Notes under the pieces: generated by a model | Seen by the model: only the letters and a program-made list of their open reading frames with translations | Told to the model about the DNA's origin: nothing | Database searches by the model: none | Source of the DNA: a virus | IMG/VR virus record: IMGVR_UViG_3300048997_000225 | Coordinates: 1 to 64,000 of that record | DNA length: 64,000 bases | Strand: one strand, 5' to 3' | Translations under genes and position numbers: made by a program | Part shown: piece by piece, positions 1 to 9,857 of the stretch | Layout: every line of letters begins with the position of its first letter | How positions within the stretch are numbered: the first letter of the stretch is position 1

Positions 1-80
1 GGAACCAATCAGTTCCAGAAATTAATTAATTATCGATACTTCTATCCCTTAAACACATTGAATTTAAGGGAGGTTTAATC

Positions 81-593
81 ATGGACTTTGAACAACATTT
101 ATCAGCCAATCGGAAATGGCTATTTTATGTCACTTTAAAAATGACTAAGAATTACGATGAAGCCGAAGATTTGGTTCAAGAGGTGATGCTCCAAGCTTTG
201 GAATATCGATCTGAATATGAAGAACATGGGAATATTCGTGCTTGGTTGGCACGAATCATGAAGAACCGGTTCATAAACAAATGTCGCAGGAATTCACTTC
301 ATAAGAAGATTTGTTCTCGGAACGATATTTCGGAACTTATCCATGAATGGAGTGGATCGTCTTCCATTGCACGAATGAACGGTGAACAAAGTGTATCTAA
401 TATTCAAACTTTGGAAGCATTGCAAAAATTACCCAAAGATTTTTGCATGGTTGTTGGATTAGTTGATCTGATTGGACTTAAATATGAAGAAGCCGCTTCA
501 GCGATAGGTTGTCCTCGAGGAACTATTATGAGTCGTCTTCATAGAGGTCGAAAAATGCTTGCTAATAACTTGGCAATACAGGAAGTTGCGTAA
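81..593 (+). CDS. ECF (group IV) sigma-70 factor, SigR/RpoE-like
   Basis: Region 2 'EAEDLVQEVML...RAWLARIMKNRFIN'; region 4 'YEEAASAIGCPRGTIMSRLHRGRKML'; GGAGG SD upstream. Confidence 0.93.
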   Translation: MDFEQHLSANRKWLFYVTLKMTKNYDEAEDLVQEVMLQALEYRSEYEEHGNIRAWLARIMKNRFINKCRRNSLHKKICSRNDISELIHEWSGSSSIARMNGEQSVSNIQTLEALQKLPKDFCMVVGLVDLIGLKYEEAASAIGCPRGTIMSRLHRGRKMLANNLAIQEVA

Positions 594-602
594 TGTATAG
601 AT

Positions 603-1229
603 ATGAATATTAATATTTCTGATAATAATGCATTGCGTAACGCTTTGATTCAATTATTTTTAGATAAATCAGTCAAATTCGGAGATTTCACATTGGCTTC
701 TGGAAAGAAAAGTGATTTCTTCGTCGATTGCAAACAGTCAATATTGAGTGCGGAAGGTCACTTCGTAACTGGTCATTTACTCATCAACGAGCTTATTCGA
801 CATTTCCCGACTGTCCAAGCTGTTGCTGGCGTAGCCTTAGGTGGTTGTTCTTTGGCTTCGGCAGTATCTCTTTTAAGTTTGGATGAATTCAATCCAGGTT
901 TGGGGGCTTTATATGTCCGGAAAGAACGAAAAGACCATGGAAGTACTCAACTTGTAGAAGGTATGGGTTCCGTACCATATGGAGCAAAAGTTGTACTTTT
1001 GGAAGATGTATGCACGACCGGCGGATCGTCTCTCAAGTCAATTGAAATCTTGCGTAGCGTTGGATATGAAGTACTCGGTGTCATTTCATTAGTGGATAGA
1101 CTCGACGGTGCCCAAGCAATATTTGATGCTGCTGCTGTTCAATATCATTCCATTATGACCAAAGATGATTTGCGCTTGCGTCATAATAATGGAAATATAG
1201 TAAATTTATTTGATACTCGAGATACATAA
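603..1229 (+). CDS. pyrE: orotate phosphoribosyltransferase
   Basis: 'FGDFTLASGKKSDFFVD', 'VRKERKDHG', PRPP-binding 'VVLLEDVCTTGGS'. Confidence 0.95.
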   Translation: MNINISDNNALRNALIQLFLDKSVKFGDFTLASGKKSDFFVDCKQSILSAEGHFVTGHLLINELIRHFPTVQAVAGVALGGCSLASAVSLLSLDEFNPGLGALYVRKERKDHGSTQLVEGMGSVPYGAKVVLLEDVCTTGGSSLKSIEILRSVGYEVLGVISLVDRLDGAQAIFDAAAVQYHSIMTKDDLRLRHNNGNIVNLFDTRDT

Positions 1230-1600
1230 TGTATTTTGCTGATTTAACTCACTACATTTATCATGGTAGTACTAATACCATCAAGATTTATAATATTGGT
1301 TGGCTCGTTAAAGGGAAACCATTCCCAACGGGCATAACAACTGATGAATTTCAGGCTAAACTCCATATTCTTAGTCAACATCGAGTCAATTTATGTCGTG
1401 GTTTTCACACATGTGAATTCTGCATTAAACATGATGCACAACGCGGTAATGGCGAGATTCGAGTATTTGGAAATGCAAACGATGGAATAATATATGTTGC
1501 TCCTATGATGATTCATCATTACGTTCAATGTCATGAATATAAACCGCCACAAGAATTTATAACAGCAGTAATGAATACTGACCAAAATAAAGTAATTTAA
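1229..1600 (+). CDS. conserved hypothetical protein with Cys/His metal-binding motif
   Basis: TAATG-coupled to pyrE; 'RGFHTCEFC', 'GNGEIRV', 'APMMIHHYV'. Confidence 0.7.
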   Translation: MYFADLTHYIYHGSTNTIKIYNIGWLVKGKPFPTGITTDEFQAKLHILSQHRVNLCRGFHTCEFCIKHDAQRGNGEIRVFGNANDGIIYVAPMMIHHYVQCHEYKPPQEFITAVMNTDQNKVI

Positions 1601-1623
1601 TTTATGTTTATCCAATGGATTTG

Positions 1624-1694
1624 GCTCCTATAGCTCAGTGGCAGAGCAACGAATTTTAACCTCGTGGATGAGAGTTCGATTCTCTCTAGGAGTT
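1624..1694 (+). tRNA. tRNA with anticodon UUA at canonical 34-36 position (ochre-suppressor type), no encoded CCA
   Basis: Acceptor GCTCCTA/TAGGAGT, D-arm GCTC-AGTGGCA-GAGC, anticodon arm ACGAA-TTTTAAC-CTCGT (A31.C39 mismatch), T-arm GAGAG-TTCGATT-CTCTC. Confidence 0.85.
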
Positions 1695-1702
1695 CTGGAG
1701 TT

Positions 1703-2110
1703 ATGTTCAGTTATAGTGAATTAGAAATATTCGGCAGATCAGAACTTGGTTTGTTGAAGGACGCGATTTTTATTGTTGCTAAATTGCCAGATATTCCTGG
1801 ACTACGTTGTCATGAACTTGCGCGGGTTGTGGGCAATATTCTAAATTTAGAAATTCAAGATGGATATTTTGGGATGGCCGAACATTCTTGGCTCTGGACC
1901 AGTCCTATGAAACATTCATACGAAAAGCGTCGATATCCAAATATTCTAGATGTTTATGCTGTAGGCTCGCTTCCTCAAGTCCAGTTAATTGATATGGGAC
2001 ATTGGTTGCCACATACTTCATCATATCGATTTGCTGGTAAACTTGGTCAACCACGAATTGATATCGATTATGATATAATCGATAAATTGGAATTTTTAAG
2101 CAAAGATTAA
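1703..2110 (+). CDS. hypothetical protein
   Basis: The ORF-track start (1664) lies inside the tRNA; in-frame ATG at 1703 preferred. Confidence 0.65.
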   Translation: MFSYSELEIFGRSELGLLKDAIFIVAKLPDIPGLRCHELARVVGNILNLEIQDGYFGMAEHSWLWTSPMKHSYEKRRYPNILDVYAVGSLPQVQLIDMGHWLPHTSSYRFAGKLGQPRIDIDYDIIDKLEFLSKD

Positions 2111-2153
2111 TTAATATTAATTCATTAGGCTTTATTGATCCATTTGTTATAAG

Positions 2154-2756
2154 ATGGATCCTCGACAAAATGCTACAGAATTATTATCTTTTGCTGGATT
2201 GTCGGAGACCGGACGTCCGTTTTCTGATCCAGTATATAAAGCAATTACTGAAGGCCGGCAAGATAGAGCCGTTCGGGCCAAACAATTTTATAGTTCATGT
2301 GGAGATTTAGCACATTGGTTATTTTTTCGGATGGGAGTCCGAATGCCATTTATTAATCGAGACGAACTCGATGGATGGTCATTTATGGGTACAAACAATA
2401 ATATTACGACGTTATATACTCATCCCAACGGTAAACATCCTGGACTGGATGCTAAGTTTGAAGCGGGTGATGTATTAATAGTTGCCGCTACTAATGTAAA
2501 TAAAACGCATGTGATATGTGTGATTGATCACGATCCTAATACTAATATTCTGCATTCAGCCGAATACGGTCAACCACACGGTGCGCTCCGGACTCGACAT
2601 ATCATTAAGAATATGGATAGTCATAAATTATATATTGGTGATAGATCAATTGATGTGCATTTACCGATATATGATGTGCTCAATTCCGCTGCAGCCGCTA
2701 ATAAATTAGTGGAGCCTATTACAGCTTATGAATATGGACTCCAGTTCAAAGCCTAG
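2154..2756 (+). CDS. putative NlpC/P60-CHAP-type cysteine hydrolase (possible peptidoglycan hydrolase)
   Basis: 'SSCGDLAHW' Cys, 'EAGDVLIV', 'THVICV' His, 'SAEYG'; spacing typical of CHAP/NlpC folds. Confidence 0.55.
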   Translation: MDPRQNATELLSFAGLSETGRPFSDPVYKAITEGRQDRAVRAKQFYSSCGDLAHWLFFRMGVRMPFINRDELDGWSFMGTNNNITTLYTHPNGKHPGLDAKFEAGDVLIVAATNVNKTHVICVIDHDPNTNILHSAEYGQPHGALRTRHIIKNMDSHKLYIGDRSIDVHLPIYDVLNSAAAANKLVEPITAYEYGLQFKA

Positions 2757-2777
2757 TTATTAAATAACTAGGCTTTT
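2748..2777 (+). terminator. intrinsic terminator-like hairpin
   Basis: AAAGCCTAGTTAT-TAA-ATAACTAGGCTTT at the stop of 2154..2756. Confidence 0.65.
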
Positions 2778-2795
2778 GTATTGTAAAGTGTGGAT

Positions 2796-3002
2796 ATGAT
2801 TGACAATATCATAGATTACAAAACATTGACTGAACCGCAACCGGGCGAAGTCGAGACTCCTGTATTAAATTATGAAGTTATGGTGATTCAAGCTCGTAAG
2901 ATCCTTATCGAAGGATTCAAGTTTGATGGACATACCGTCCCTAAATATATAGTACGTGCAGCTTTAGAAGCGCTTGGGATTCCAAAACAAGAACAACCGT
3001 AA
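2796..3002 (+). CDS. hypothetical protein
   Basis: ORF; ATG 2796 follows TAAAGT + 6 nt. Confidence 0.6.
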   Translation: MIDNIIDYKTLTEPQPGEVETPVLNYEVMVIQARKILIEGFKFDGHTVPKYIVRAALEALGIPKQEQP

Positions 3003-3031
3003 AAAACTCCGCCATTGGTAAATTAAAATTT

Positions 3032-3403
3032 ATGGATTTCATAGTTCTTAGTGGTAAATCAATCAATCGAGTGTCTGCCAACACTTTAGATAAAGCAATC
3101 TCAGGATTCCAGTTTGCACCAGAAGATAATTTATCAGGTTTTTTCTTGGTTTTTGAACAATCCAATGAAAAAGCAGGTATAATTAACGCTGTCATACGTG
3201 GTATGTTAGCTGTTAGTCAATATTTGGATAATTATAACAAATTAGCGGTTAGAGATATTTTATATCAATTGTTGATTGAAAATAAAGCATTATCTGCTAA
3301 TTTAACATCAGTCCAAACTCGCTGTACTGAATTGCTTACTCAAGCACGTGCTATGAGGAAAAATATTATTAGTCTTGGTGGTGATGATCCGGGCAATCCA
3401 TAG
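3032..3403 (+). CDS. hypothetical protein with C-terminal coiled coil
   Basis: 123-aa ORF co-oriented with neighbours. Confidence 0.65.
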   Translation: MDFIVLSGKSINRVSANTLDKAISGFQFAPEDNLSGFFLVFEQSNEKAGIINAVIRGMLAVSQYLDNYNKLAVRDILYQLLIENKALSANLTSVQTRCTELLTQARAMRKNIISLGGDDPGNP

Positions 3404-3480
3404 TTCATCATCATTTTGTTATATTGAATATTGAAATAGTTGGAATCATATTGCTATCATTGCATTTGGAGTAAATAGAA

Positions 3481-3948
3481 ATGGGTCGCAAGTTATATAT
3501 CGGGAATCTTTCATATACCCTTGTTGAAGAAGATGTCAAGCAAGCTTTTGAACGTAGTGGAAAAGTCATCAACGTCAAAATCATAACAGATAGAGAAACC
3601 GGTCAAAGTCGTGGATTCGCATTTGTTGAAATGGGATCTGATCAAGAAGCTAGTCAAGCGTTGTCTGATTGGGCAGGTAGCGAACTCGGTGGTCGAACAT
3701 TAGTAGTCAAAGAGGCCCAAGAAAGACGGAATAACAACGGATATCGTCCCAATGATTCCGATCGTGGAAATGGATACAGGCCAGATAATCGAGGTCCTGT
3801 TAGACCGAATTATGAATATGGAAGCGATCGGAATGTCGGTGGGAATCGGACTGGACCGAATCCCGATCCATATCGATCCAATCAGAATAATCCCGAGCGT
3901 CCGAGGCGTCCTGCAGGACGCGGGAATTATGATGATTATGATCGTTGA
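3481..3948 (+). CDS. RRM (RNP-1) RNA-binding protein with low-complexity R/N/G/D tail
   Basis: RNP2 'KLYIGNL', RNP1 'RGFAFVEM', 'DRETGQSRG'; GGAG SD. Confidence 0.95.
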   Translation: MGRKLYIGNLSYTLVEEDVKQAFERSGKVINVKIITDRETGQSRGFAFVEMGSDQEASQALSDWAGSELGGRTLVVKEAQERRNNNGYRPNDSDRGNGYRPDNRGPVRPNYEYGSDRNVGGNRTGPNPDPYRSNQNNPERPRRPAGRGNYDDYDR

Positions 3949-3971
3949 TTAGGACGTAAGTTTTTCGATTC

Positions 3972-4012
3972 CGAATTAATCCGGTCCAGTTGGACCGGAT
4001 TAATTCGTTTTT
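3972..4012 (+). terminator. 17-bp perfect inverted repeat followed by T-run
   Basis: CGAATTAATCCGGTCCA-GT-TGGACCGGATTAATTCG-TTTTT. Confidence 0.75.
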
Positions 4013-4022
4013 GGAGTATAAT

Positions 4023-4520
4023 ATGTTAATTTCAGCAGATCAATTATTGTGCCATATTATTGGTGATTATGTACTTCAATCCGATTATATGGCTCAGAAT
4101 AAAACTAATAAATCATGGATTGCTATGTTCCATGCATTCTCATATAGCATTCCATTTTGGTTTGTGGCTTCATGGCGAGCCCAAGTATTCATCATAATCA
4201 GCCATTTTGTAATTGACAGATGGAGATTGGCAAGATACGTGTGTTGGGCTAAGAATTTCTTGGCTCCGAAACACATTATGTTAGAATGCAATATAGGATC
4301 ATCTATTGCTAAGTATAAGAAATCCGATGAGAAAGCCAAAATAACATTTATCGATGTTGAAACTGTGAAATCAGTTAAAACTCGGAATTTACCGTGGGCA
4401 GATTGTTCAGTTACCGGCTATTCAAAAGATACGCCTGTCTGGATGGCTGTCTGGTTAATGATTATAGTAGATAACTGTATGCACACATTATGTAACGCAT
4501 TGGCTATCAAATATTTATAA
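4023..4520 (+). CDS. DUF3307-like membrane protein
   Basis: 'HIIGDYVLQSDYMA', 'HFVIDRW', 'VDNCMH'; ATG 4023 after GGAG preferred to the TTG inside the hairpin. Confidence 0.8.
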   Translation: MLISADQLLCHIIGDYVLQSDYMAQNKTNKSWIAMFHAFSYSIPFWFVASWRAQVFIIISHFVIDRWRLARYVCWAKNFLAPKHIMLECNIGSSIAKYKKSDEKAKITFIDVETVKSVKTRNLPWADCSVTGYSKDTPVWMAVWLMIIVDNCMHTLCNALAIKYL

Positions 4521-4569
4521 AATAGATCGAATCGGCCGGTCGTATTGTTATTCATATATTTTCTATTAC

Positions 4570-5088
4570 ATGGTGTCTAATAATATGGCCAAGCGACAAT
4601 CAGCTAAAGCTAAGAAACGTATATCTAAACCACGTATTAGAAAAATTTTGATTACATTGCCAGAACATCTAGTACAAGATTTACAAAAAGAAATAAAACG
4701 ACTAAGTCGGACTAAAGATGGTGTTCGATATAATAGAAATGCTTATATCAGAGATATAATCTATTTGAACCTATTGAAAAATCCTTATGTGGTATCTAAA
4801 CATAAACTGACTCGACTAGATGCTCGAAAAGCCTTGTTACATGCGGCTAATTCAACTAAAACAATAGCTAAAGAATCATTATTAGAAGGAAATTCCGAAG
4901 TCGCTAGCGCTTTGTTTTTGGCTGCGGCGGCTAAAGAACTGGAAGCTTTATCAGTATTGAGGAATCCAGACGAATCAACTATACGGAGCACCATAATTGA
5001 AGTACTCGTTTGTTTGAAAGCTGGAACTGGATATAATCATTTGCCAGAAGTCCCATTACCTAATATATTCAAATCTATTCCTTGTTAA
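4570..5088 (+). CDS. putative ribbon-helix-helix DNA-binding protein
   Basis: Basic N-terminus, 'KILITLPEHLVQDL...NRNAYIRDII'. Confidence 0.55.
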   Translation: MVSNNMAKRQSAKAKKRISKPRIRKILITLPEHLVQDLQKEIKRLSRTKDGVRYNRNAYIRDIIYLNLLKNPYVVSKHKLTRLDARKALLHAANSTKTIAKESLLEGNSEVASALFLAAAAKELEALSVLRNPDESTIRSTIIEVLVCLKAGTGYNHLPEVPLPNIFKSIPC

Positions 5089-5478
5089 TTATTCAGTCGG
5101 CAATGGAATAGAATTTAATGGAATACGTGGATTGAAATGAATAGTCCCTTCATTTTTCCCAACCCATTCCCACTGCCAGTCATCATTTAAATAATCATTC
5201 CTCCAGCACCATTCAATCAATAAGAACTGCGTGATTTTAGATAACGTAGAATTCTCTGTTAATGAATTTATATTCTTTATCAAATGTTCCAACAACGGAC
5301 TCGGGATTTTTTTAGTCAGATCGTACGGGTCTTCTTGGCCTGATCTGTAAAAACTGAATAAACATAACTGGACTACGGGTTCAATATCTGAATTAGATAT
5401 GTTGGGAGTCAATGATTTAGATAAAGTTTGATGTAAAATATTAGAAATCAATTGTTTAGTTATGTCAATATTATTCAT
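5089..5478 (-). CDS. hypothetical protein
   Basis: 129-aa ORF filling the gap between convergent/divergent genes. Confidence 0.6.
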   Translation of the reverse strand: MNNIDITKQLISNILHQTLSKSLTPNISNSDIEPVVQLCLFSFYRSGQEDPYDLTKKIPSPLLEHLIKNINSLTENSTLSKITQFLLIEWCWRNDYLNDDWQWEWVGKNEGTIHFNPRIPLNSIPLPTE

Positions 5479-5566
5479 TTCAACATGTACTGTACTAAAT
5501 ATTAATGATTTGGGGGACTAGAATTGAACGTTTGATTGTGTAATTTAAATATATAACGAGGAATTT

Positions 5567-6697
5567 GTGTCAGCAATAGCCTTAAATACTAATAAAGCTT
5601 CAAATGATTTCTATGACAGAGCATTGAAGGATTCCAATGTCTTAACTAGAGATGAGGAATCGTTGATTTTCCAGTCTAAATATGAACTGGAAGCGATTTT
5701 ATTCCAAAAATTATTTGATTCCAATGGTATTTTGGAAGCGTTATCTAGTTTGATACTAGATGCTATGGATTCCGAAGATAATGATAGGAAAGACCAAATC
5801 ACCGGCATTCTATCAGACATCAATAATAATATTTTTTCGATTCAAGATAAACTTACTCATTCGAAACTGCTTTGTATATGGGAGTCTATCTACGACGCTG
5901 TGCTTGCAACAGAATCGGACACTGAATTATATTATGCTAAGTTAAATTCATTAAAGAAAGATTTGAGTCAAATCAAAAATAAAATAGTCCAAGCGAATCT
6001 CCGATTAGTAGTTTCTTTAACTCGATTTTATAATAGGAAAAATCAATATACTAAGTTATCTGATTTGATCCAAGATGGAAATATCGGTCTGATTTTAGCT
6101 GTAGATAAATTCGACTGGACTTATGGCGTTAAGTTCGCTACTTATGCTGCATGGTGGATAAAACATGGGCTACGGGCTTCTCTTAAGCAACAAGAAAAAT
6201 TAGTCCGATTGCCTTCTCAAGTGATTGATAAACTATATAAAATCAATCAACTGAATACTAAGCACTTGGCTATGACAGGTGAAGATATGTCAATTCACCA
6301 GTTAGCAAAGACGCTCGACACCGAAGAAGTTCGAATGGAAGAACTTGTTCGAGTATCTAAATCAACTGTCGCGTCCATGGACGCGCCGGTCTATGCGGAT
6401 AATGATACTTCGACATTGCATGATTTATTGACTGATTCAGTTGCTTTATCTCAACATGATGTACTGCAACGCAATCAGCTCACTAAATTATTAAATAAGG
6501 CAATGGCTAAGTGTTTGAGATCAATAGAAAAAGAAATTATTATCGGCAGATTTGCTTTAGATGGTAATGAACCATTAACTCTTCAAGCTATTGCTGATAA
6601 ACATAAATTATCACGTGAACGGATTCGACAGTTAGAGAATTCTGCGCTTCGGAAATTGCGCAATGTAAGAGGGATTAATCTGAAGATTAATCTGTGA
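5567..6697 (+). CDS. RpoD/RpoS-like (group 1/2) sigma-70 factor
   Basis: 'ANLRLVVS', 'DLIQDGNIGLILAVDKFD', 'KFATYAAWWIK', 'VRLP', region 4 'LTLQAIADKHKLSRERIRQLE'. Confidence 0.95.
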   Translation: MSAIALNTNKASNDFYDRALKDSNVLTRDEESLIFQSKYELEAILFQKLFDSNGILEALSSLILDAMDSEDNDRKDQITGILSDINNNIFSIQDKLTHSKLLCIWESIYDAVLATESDTELYYAKLNSLKKDLSQIKNKIVQANLRLVVSLTRFYNRKNQYTKLSDLIQDGNIGLILAVDKFDWTYGVKFATYAAWWIKHGLRASLKQQEKLVRLPSQVIDKLYKINQLNTKHLAMTGEDMSIHQLAKTLDTEEVRMEELVRVSKSTVASMDAPVYADNDTSTLHDLLTDSVALSQHDVLQRNQLTKLLNKAMAKCLRSIEKEIIIGRFALDGNEPLTLQAIADKHKLSRERIRQLENSALRKLRNVRGINLKINL

Positions 6698-6724
6698 TGT
6701 ATTATTCCGTAGAATCAGGTGATT

Positions 6725-7042
6725 ATGTCCAATAATAACGATCGAGAATGTGATAGTGAAGATATCACATTCGTCGGAGCTGAAAATCCAGACGGTTCAT
6801 TGCCTTTCACAAGACATCGTGGAGATCACACCATTGAAAATGGTGTCATCCACCCATTGATTGAAGGCCAACCTATACTAGGAGAAGTAGTTAGTTTAAC
6901 GCCTCGAGAAGATGGTCAAGGATATAATACAGAGACTTTATACAGTCCTGACAAATCAGGACCTTGTATGTATAACAGTCAAGGATTCCAAAACGGCTGG
7001 GATGCAACTTTCGGCAACAAAGATAAATCGAAATTGAATTGA
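6725..7042 (+). CDS. hypothetical protein
   Basis: ORF in co-oriented run. Confidence 0.65.
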   Translation: MSNNNDRECDSEDITFVGAENPDGSLPFTRHRGDHTIENGVIHPLIEGQPILGEVVSLTPREDGQGYNTETLYSPDKSGPCMYNSQGFQNGWDATFGNKDKSKLN

Positions 7043-7046
7043 TTAT

Positions 7047-7541
7047 GTGATGGAAAATAATTATGATGATCCAGCATCGCCAGCTGCATATAATTTTGTA
7101 GGATATATTCAAAATCAGGATAAGCTGTGGCTCCAGAGTTTCCATGATAGACTATGGAGAAAGACTCTGCCTGATAGATTCCAACATGCAATGTTAGTCG
7201 AATCTGATGGAGTTCGACTAACGACCGAAGAACTCGATCGGATATTTAGTCTAATACGTTCCCATAAATTAATAACAGGAGTCGGATGTGGAACATTCGG
7301 GCTTCCTGGATACAGCTTCTTAATATATGATAATCCAGAAATTTGTGGATTTTTGATTCCAAAACCTGAATGTTTGTTCGTGATGACTCATAAACATCTA
7401 CCAGTTCAGTTGGATATTGGAGAATATCATCAAAAAGCTTGGGATTTGTTCTCACAATTTGCTTATTCAGATATCAATTCACAATTGCGAATATATCATG
7501 ATATGAAAAAATTGGAGAATCGTTCCTATTACGACTACTGA
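7047..7541 (+). CDS. hypothetical protein
   Basis: 164-aa ORF. Confidence 0.65.
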   Translation: MMENNYDDPASPAAYNFVGYIQNQDKLWLQSFHDRLWRKTLPDRFQHAMLVESDGVRLTTEELDRIFSLIRSHKLITGVGCGTFGLPGYSFLIYDNPEICGFLIPKPECLFVMTHKHLPVQLDIGEYHQKAWDLFSQFAYSDINSQLRIYHDMKKLENRSYYDY

Positions 7542-7576
7542 CATGTTCATTGAATCAGAGAATATGGAGATGCTAA

Positions 7577-7861
7577 ATGGAAATAATAATCAATCCTGAT
7601 GATCGGTTCCCGTGGGAAGATGAATATGGCAACGAATTTGCTACTATAGATGGTTCTCTAGCAAAATGGTCCAATCCGCCTGATTCTTGTCGAGCTTGTG
7701 TTGGCGCAATCCTCCCAGAGAATCGACGCATCGCTGATGGATGTCCATGTAATTCAGCACGCGGAATCAATCATGGTTTAGTACCAAAGAACACTTGCAC
7801 TTGTGTCGAATGCGATCCAGCTCAAACAGGTTCTACGCGCATCGGGCGTTTGAATAAATAA
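7577..7861 (+). CDS. Cys-rich hypothetical protein
   Basis: CRAC, CPC, CTCVEC; GGAG SD. Confidence 0.65.
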   Translation: MEIIINPDDRFPWEDEYGNEFATIDGSLAKWSNPPDSCRACVGAILPENRRIADGCPCNSARGINHGLVPKNTCTCVECDPAQTGSTRIGRLNK

Positions 7862-7907
7862 GCGTGATTGGTTCGTAAATCCATTAATATATTTTATACT
7901 AATTAGC

Positions 7908-8591
7908 ATGGAAAAATCACCAGACAACACTCATCCGTCCTACGGGATGATCGCGGTTAACCGGTTCACTATTGGAGGAACCAAGAAAACTCCATTTTTT
8001 GGTTCATCTTTGGATACTCACTATTCGGGAATTCGAATAGTTATAAAACGAGCTGTTTTGACGAAATATCCTGGCTCATCAAGAGTTGATCATCCATTCG
8101 CTCGCGAATCTTTGATTGAAGTTGATTTGACCGGAGCGCAGTTTGCTGAACTTATCACTGCGATGAATGTTGGTGATGGAGTTCCATGCACAATTAAACG
8201 AATCGGAGGAGAAGGGATTCCTGAACCACCTGCAATGGCAAACGAAGCTGAGAAAGTTCGCGAAGACATAAAGACAGATGTGGCTTCGTTGGCTGTAGAA
8301 GCCCGGGAACTGCTCACAGCACTTCGCTCCACTTTTGACGGGAAGAATATCAAAAAAGTGGATAGACAGGTTCTGATAAAGAAAACCGAAGCCGTGATTC
8401 AGAATCTTGAATCCAATCTCCCATACCTACTTACTCGTTTTGAAGAAGCCACTGAAAAGACTGTTGTTCGAGCTAAAGCTGAAATCGAAACGTTCATGCG
8501 TACCACACTCGAGCAAGCCGGACTCGAAGCTCTGAAATTAAATAGTCAGAATCTACTAGTCGACAAGACTCCATCGGATACTGTTGATTAG
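7908..8591 (+). CDS. conserved phage hypothetical protein (beta N-domain plus helical C-domain)
   Basis: 227-aa ORF; 'LIEVDLTGAQFAELITAMNVGDGVPCTI'. Confidence 0.7.
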   Translation: MEKSPDNTHPSYGMIAVNRFTIGGTKKTPFFGSSLDTHYSGIRIVIKRAVLTKYPGSSRVDHPFARESLIEVDLTGAQFAELITAMNVGDGVPCTIKRIGGEGIPEPPAMANEAEKVREDIKTDVASLAVEARELLTALRSTFDGKNIKKVDRQVLIKKTEAVIQNLESNLPYLLTRFEEATEKTVVRAKAEIETFMRTTLEQAGLEALKLNSQNLLVDKTPSDTVD

Positions 8592-8603
8592 TAAAATAAC
8601 TGA

Positions 8604-9857
8604 ATGTTAGAAATATTCAATCAATTTGCCCACAATGATGTATTTAGTGGAGTGGTCGGCGGATCGCTGCTCGTTAGCATCATTTATCTCTTTAAAAGCA
8701 TTCCAAGGAATCTATTGGATGCGTTTATGTGGCGATTCACTTCGGTGCTGATTGTTTTCAATGAAGATCCGGCATTTGATATTGTGAGTGAATGGTTATC
8801 ATCACTTGAATATTCCAAGAAGGCTCGTCGCCTCCGTTTAACATCCAATTATTCAGAATACGATCAAGCTAACGTTCCGAAATTTTCGCCGGGAATTGGT
8901 AAGCATCTGATTTGGTATAAACGAAATCCAGTTATCATAGAACGTTTTGTCCCACAAGAAGGACAAGGTTCCGGCGGATATAAACGGCGAGAAGACATAA
9001 GTATCCGGACGCTCGGGACTTCTCCAGCATTCATGCATCAGTTAATCGAGCAAATTACTCAAGCTCGGACAGCGACTAATAAGAAATATGTTGAAATATA
9101 TATGTTCCGTGGTTGTTGGCGTTTAGCTTGTCGAAAAATGAAACGATCTCTTGAATCAGTGATTCTTCCTGAAGATCAAAAAGAAAATATTACTATAGAT
9201 ATTCAAAAATTCCAGAAGTCACGATCTTGGTATGCACAGCGCGGGATTCCCTATCGACGCGGATTTTTATTATATGGTCCGCCTGGATGTGGTAAGACTA
9301 GTTTAATTTTGGCTATCGCTAGTCATTTTTCTAAATGCATATATTCTCTGAACTTAGGCAGCGTAATAAATGACGATCAACTTATTGATGCTATAACCAG
9401 TGTTCCAGAAGACGCTATTCTGCTAATAGAAGATATTGATGCTGCTCAAAATAAGAGAGAACTGGTTCAAGAGTCTCCTGTTCCCAGTTATAAATCCGAT
9501 ATTCCGATATCTCCAGAGGAAACTCGATCAATTTCATTGAGTGCATTGCTAAACTCGATTGATGGAGTATTCAGCAGAGATGGTCGGATTTTGTTTATGA
9601 CGACCAATCATGTAGAGAAAATCGATCCGGCTTTGATGCGGCCCGGTCGAGTGGATAGAAAAGAGTATATCGGAGCATTTTCAGATAAAGAAATCTTGAA
9701 AATGTGCGTCCAATATGTCCATAATGTAGAATATGCTAACCGGTTAGCCAAAACAATTCCCGGTCCAATCATGCCGGCAGAGCTCCAGCAGCTTTTGCTC
9801 ATTAAACGCAATCATTCCGAAAATCATAAACCAATAGATATTTCTCAATTATCATGA
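8604..9857 (+). CDS. BCS1-like membrane-anchored AAA+ ATPase
   Basis: N-terminal TM; BCS1_N-like 'FSPGIGKHLIWYK'; 'WYAQRGIPYRRGFLLYGPPGCGKTS'; Walker B 'LLIEDID'; 'LLNSIDG'; 'MTTNHVEKIDPALMRPGRVD'. Confidence 0.92.
   Translation: MLEIFNQFAHNDVFSGVVGGSLLVSIIYLFKSIPRNLLDAFMWRFTSVLIVFNEDPAFDIVSEWLSSLEYSKKARRLRLTSNYSEYDQANVPKFSPGIGKHLIWYKRNPVIIERFVPQEGQGSGGYKRREDISIRTLGTSPAFMHQLIEQITQARTATNKKYVEIYMFRGCWRLACRKMKRSLESVILPEDQKENITIDIQKFQKSRSWYAQRGIPYRRGFLLYGPPGCGKTSLILAIASHFSKCIYSLNLGSVINDDQLIDAITSVPEDAILLIEDIDAAQNKRELVQESPVPSYKSDIPISPEETRSISLSALLNSIDGVFSRDGRILFMTTNHVEKIDPALMRPGRVDRKEYIGAFSDKEILKMCVQYVHNVEYANRLAKTIPGPIMPAELQQLLLIKRNHSENHKPIDISQLS

Noticed and set aside
1649-1665. Reading the tRNA as Lys(UUU)
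   Set aside because: That register breaks the anticodon stem; ACGA/TCGT pairing centres UUA.
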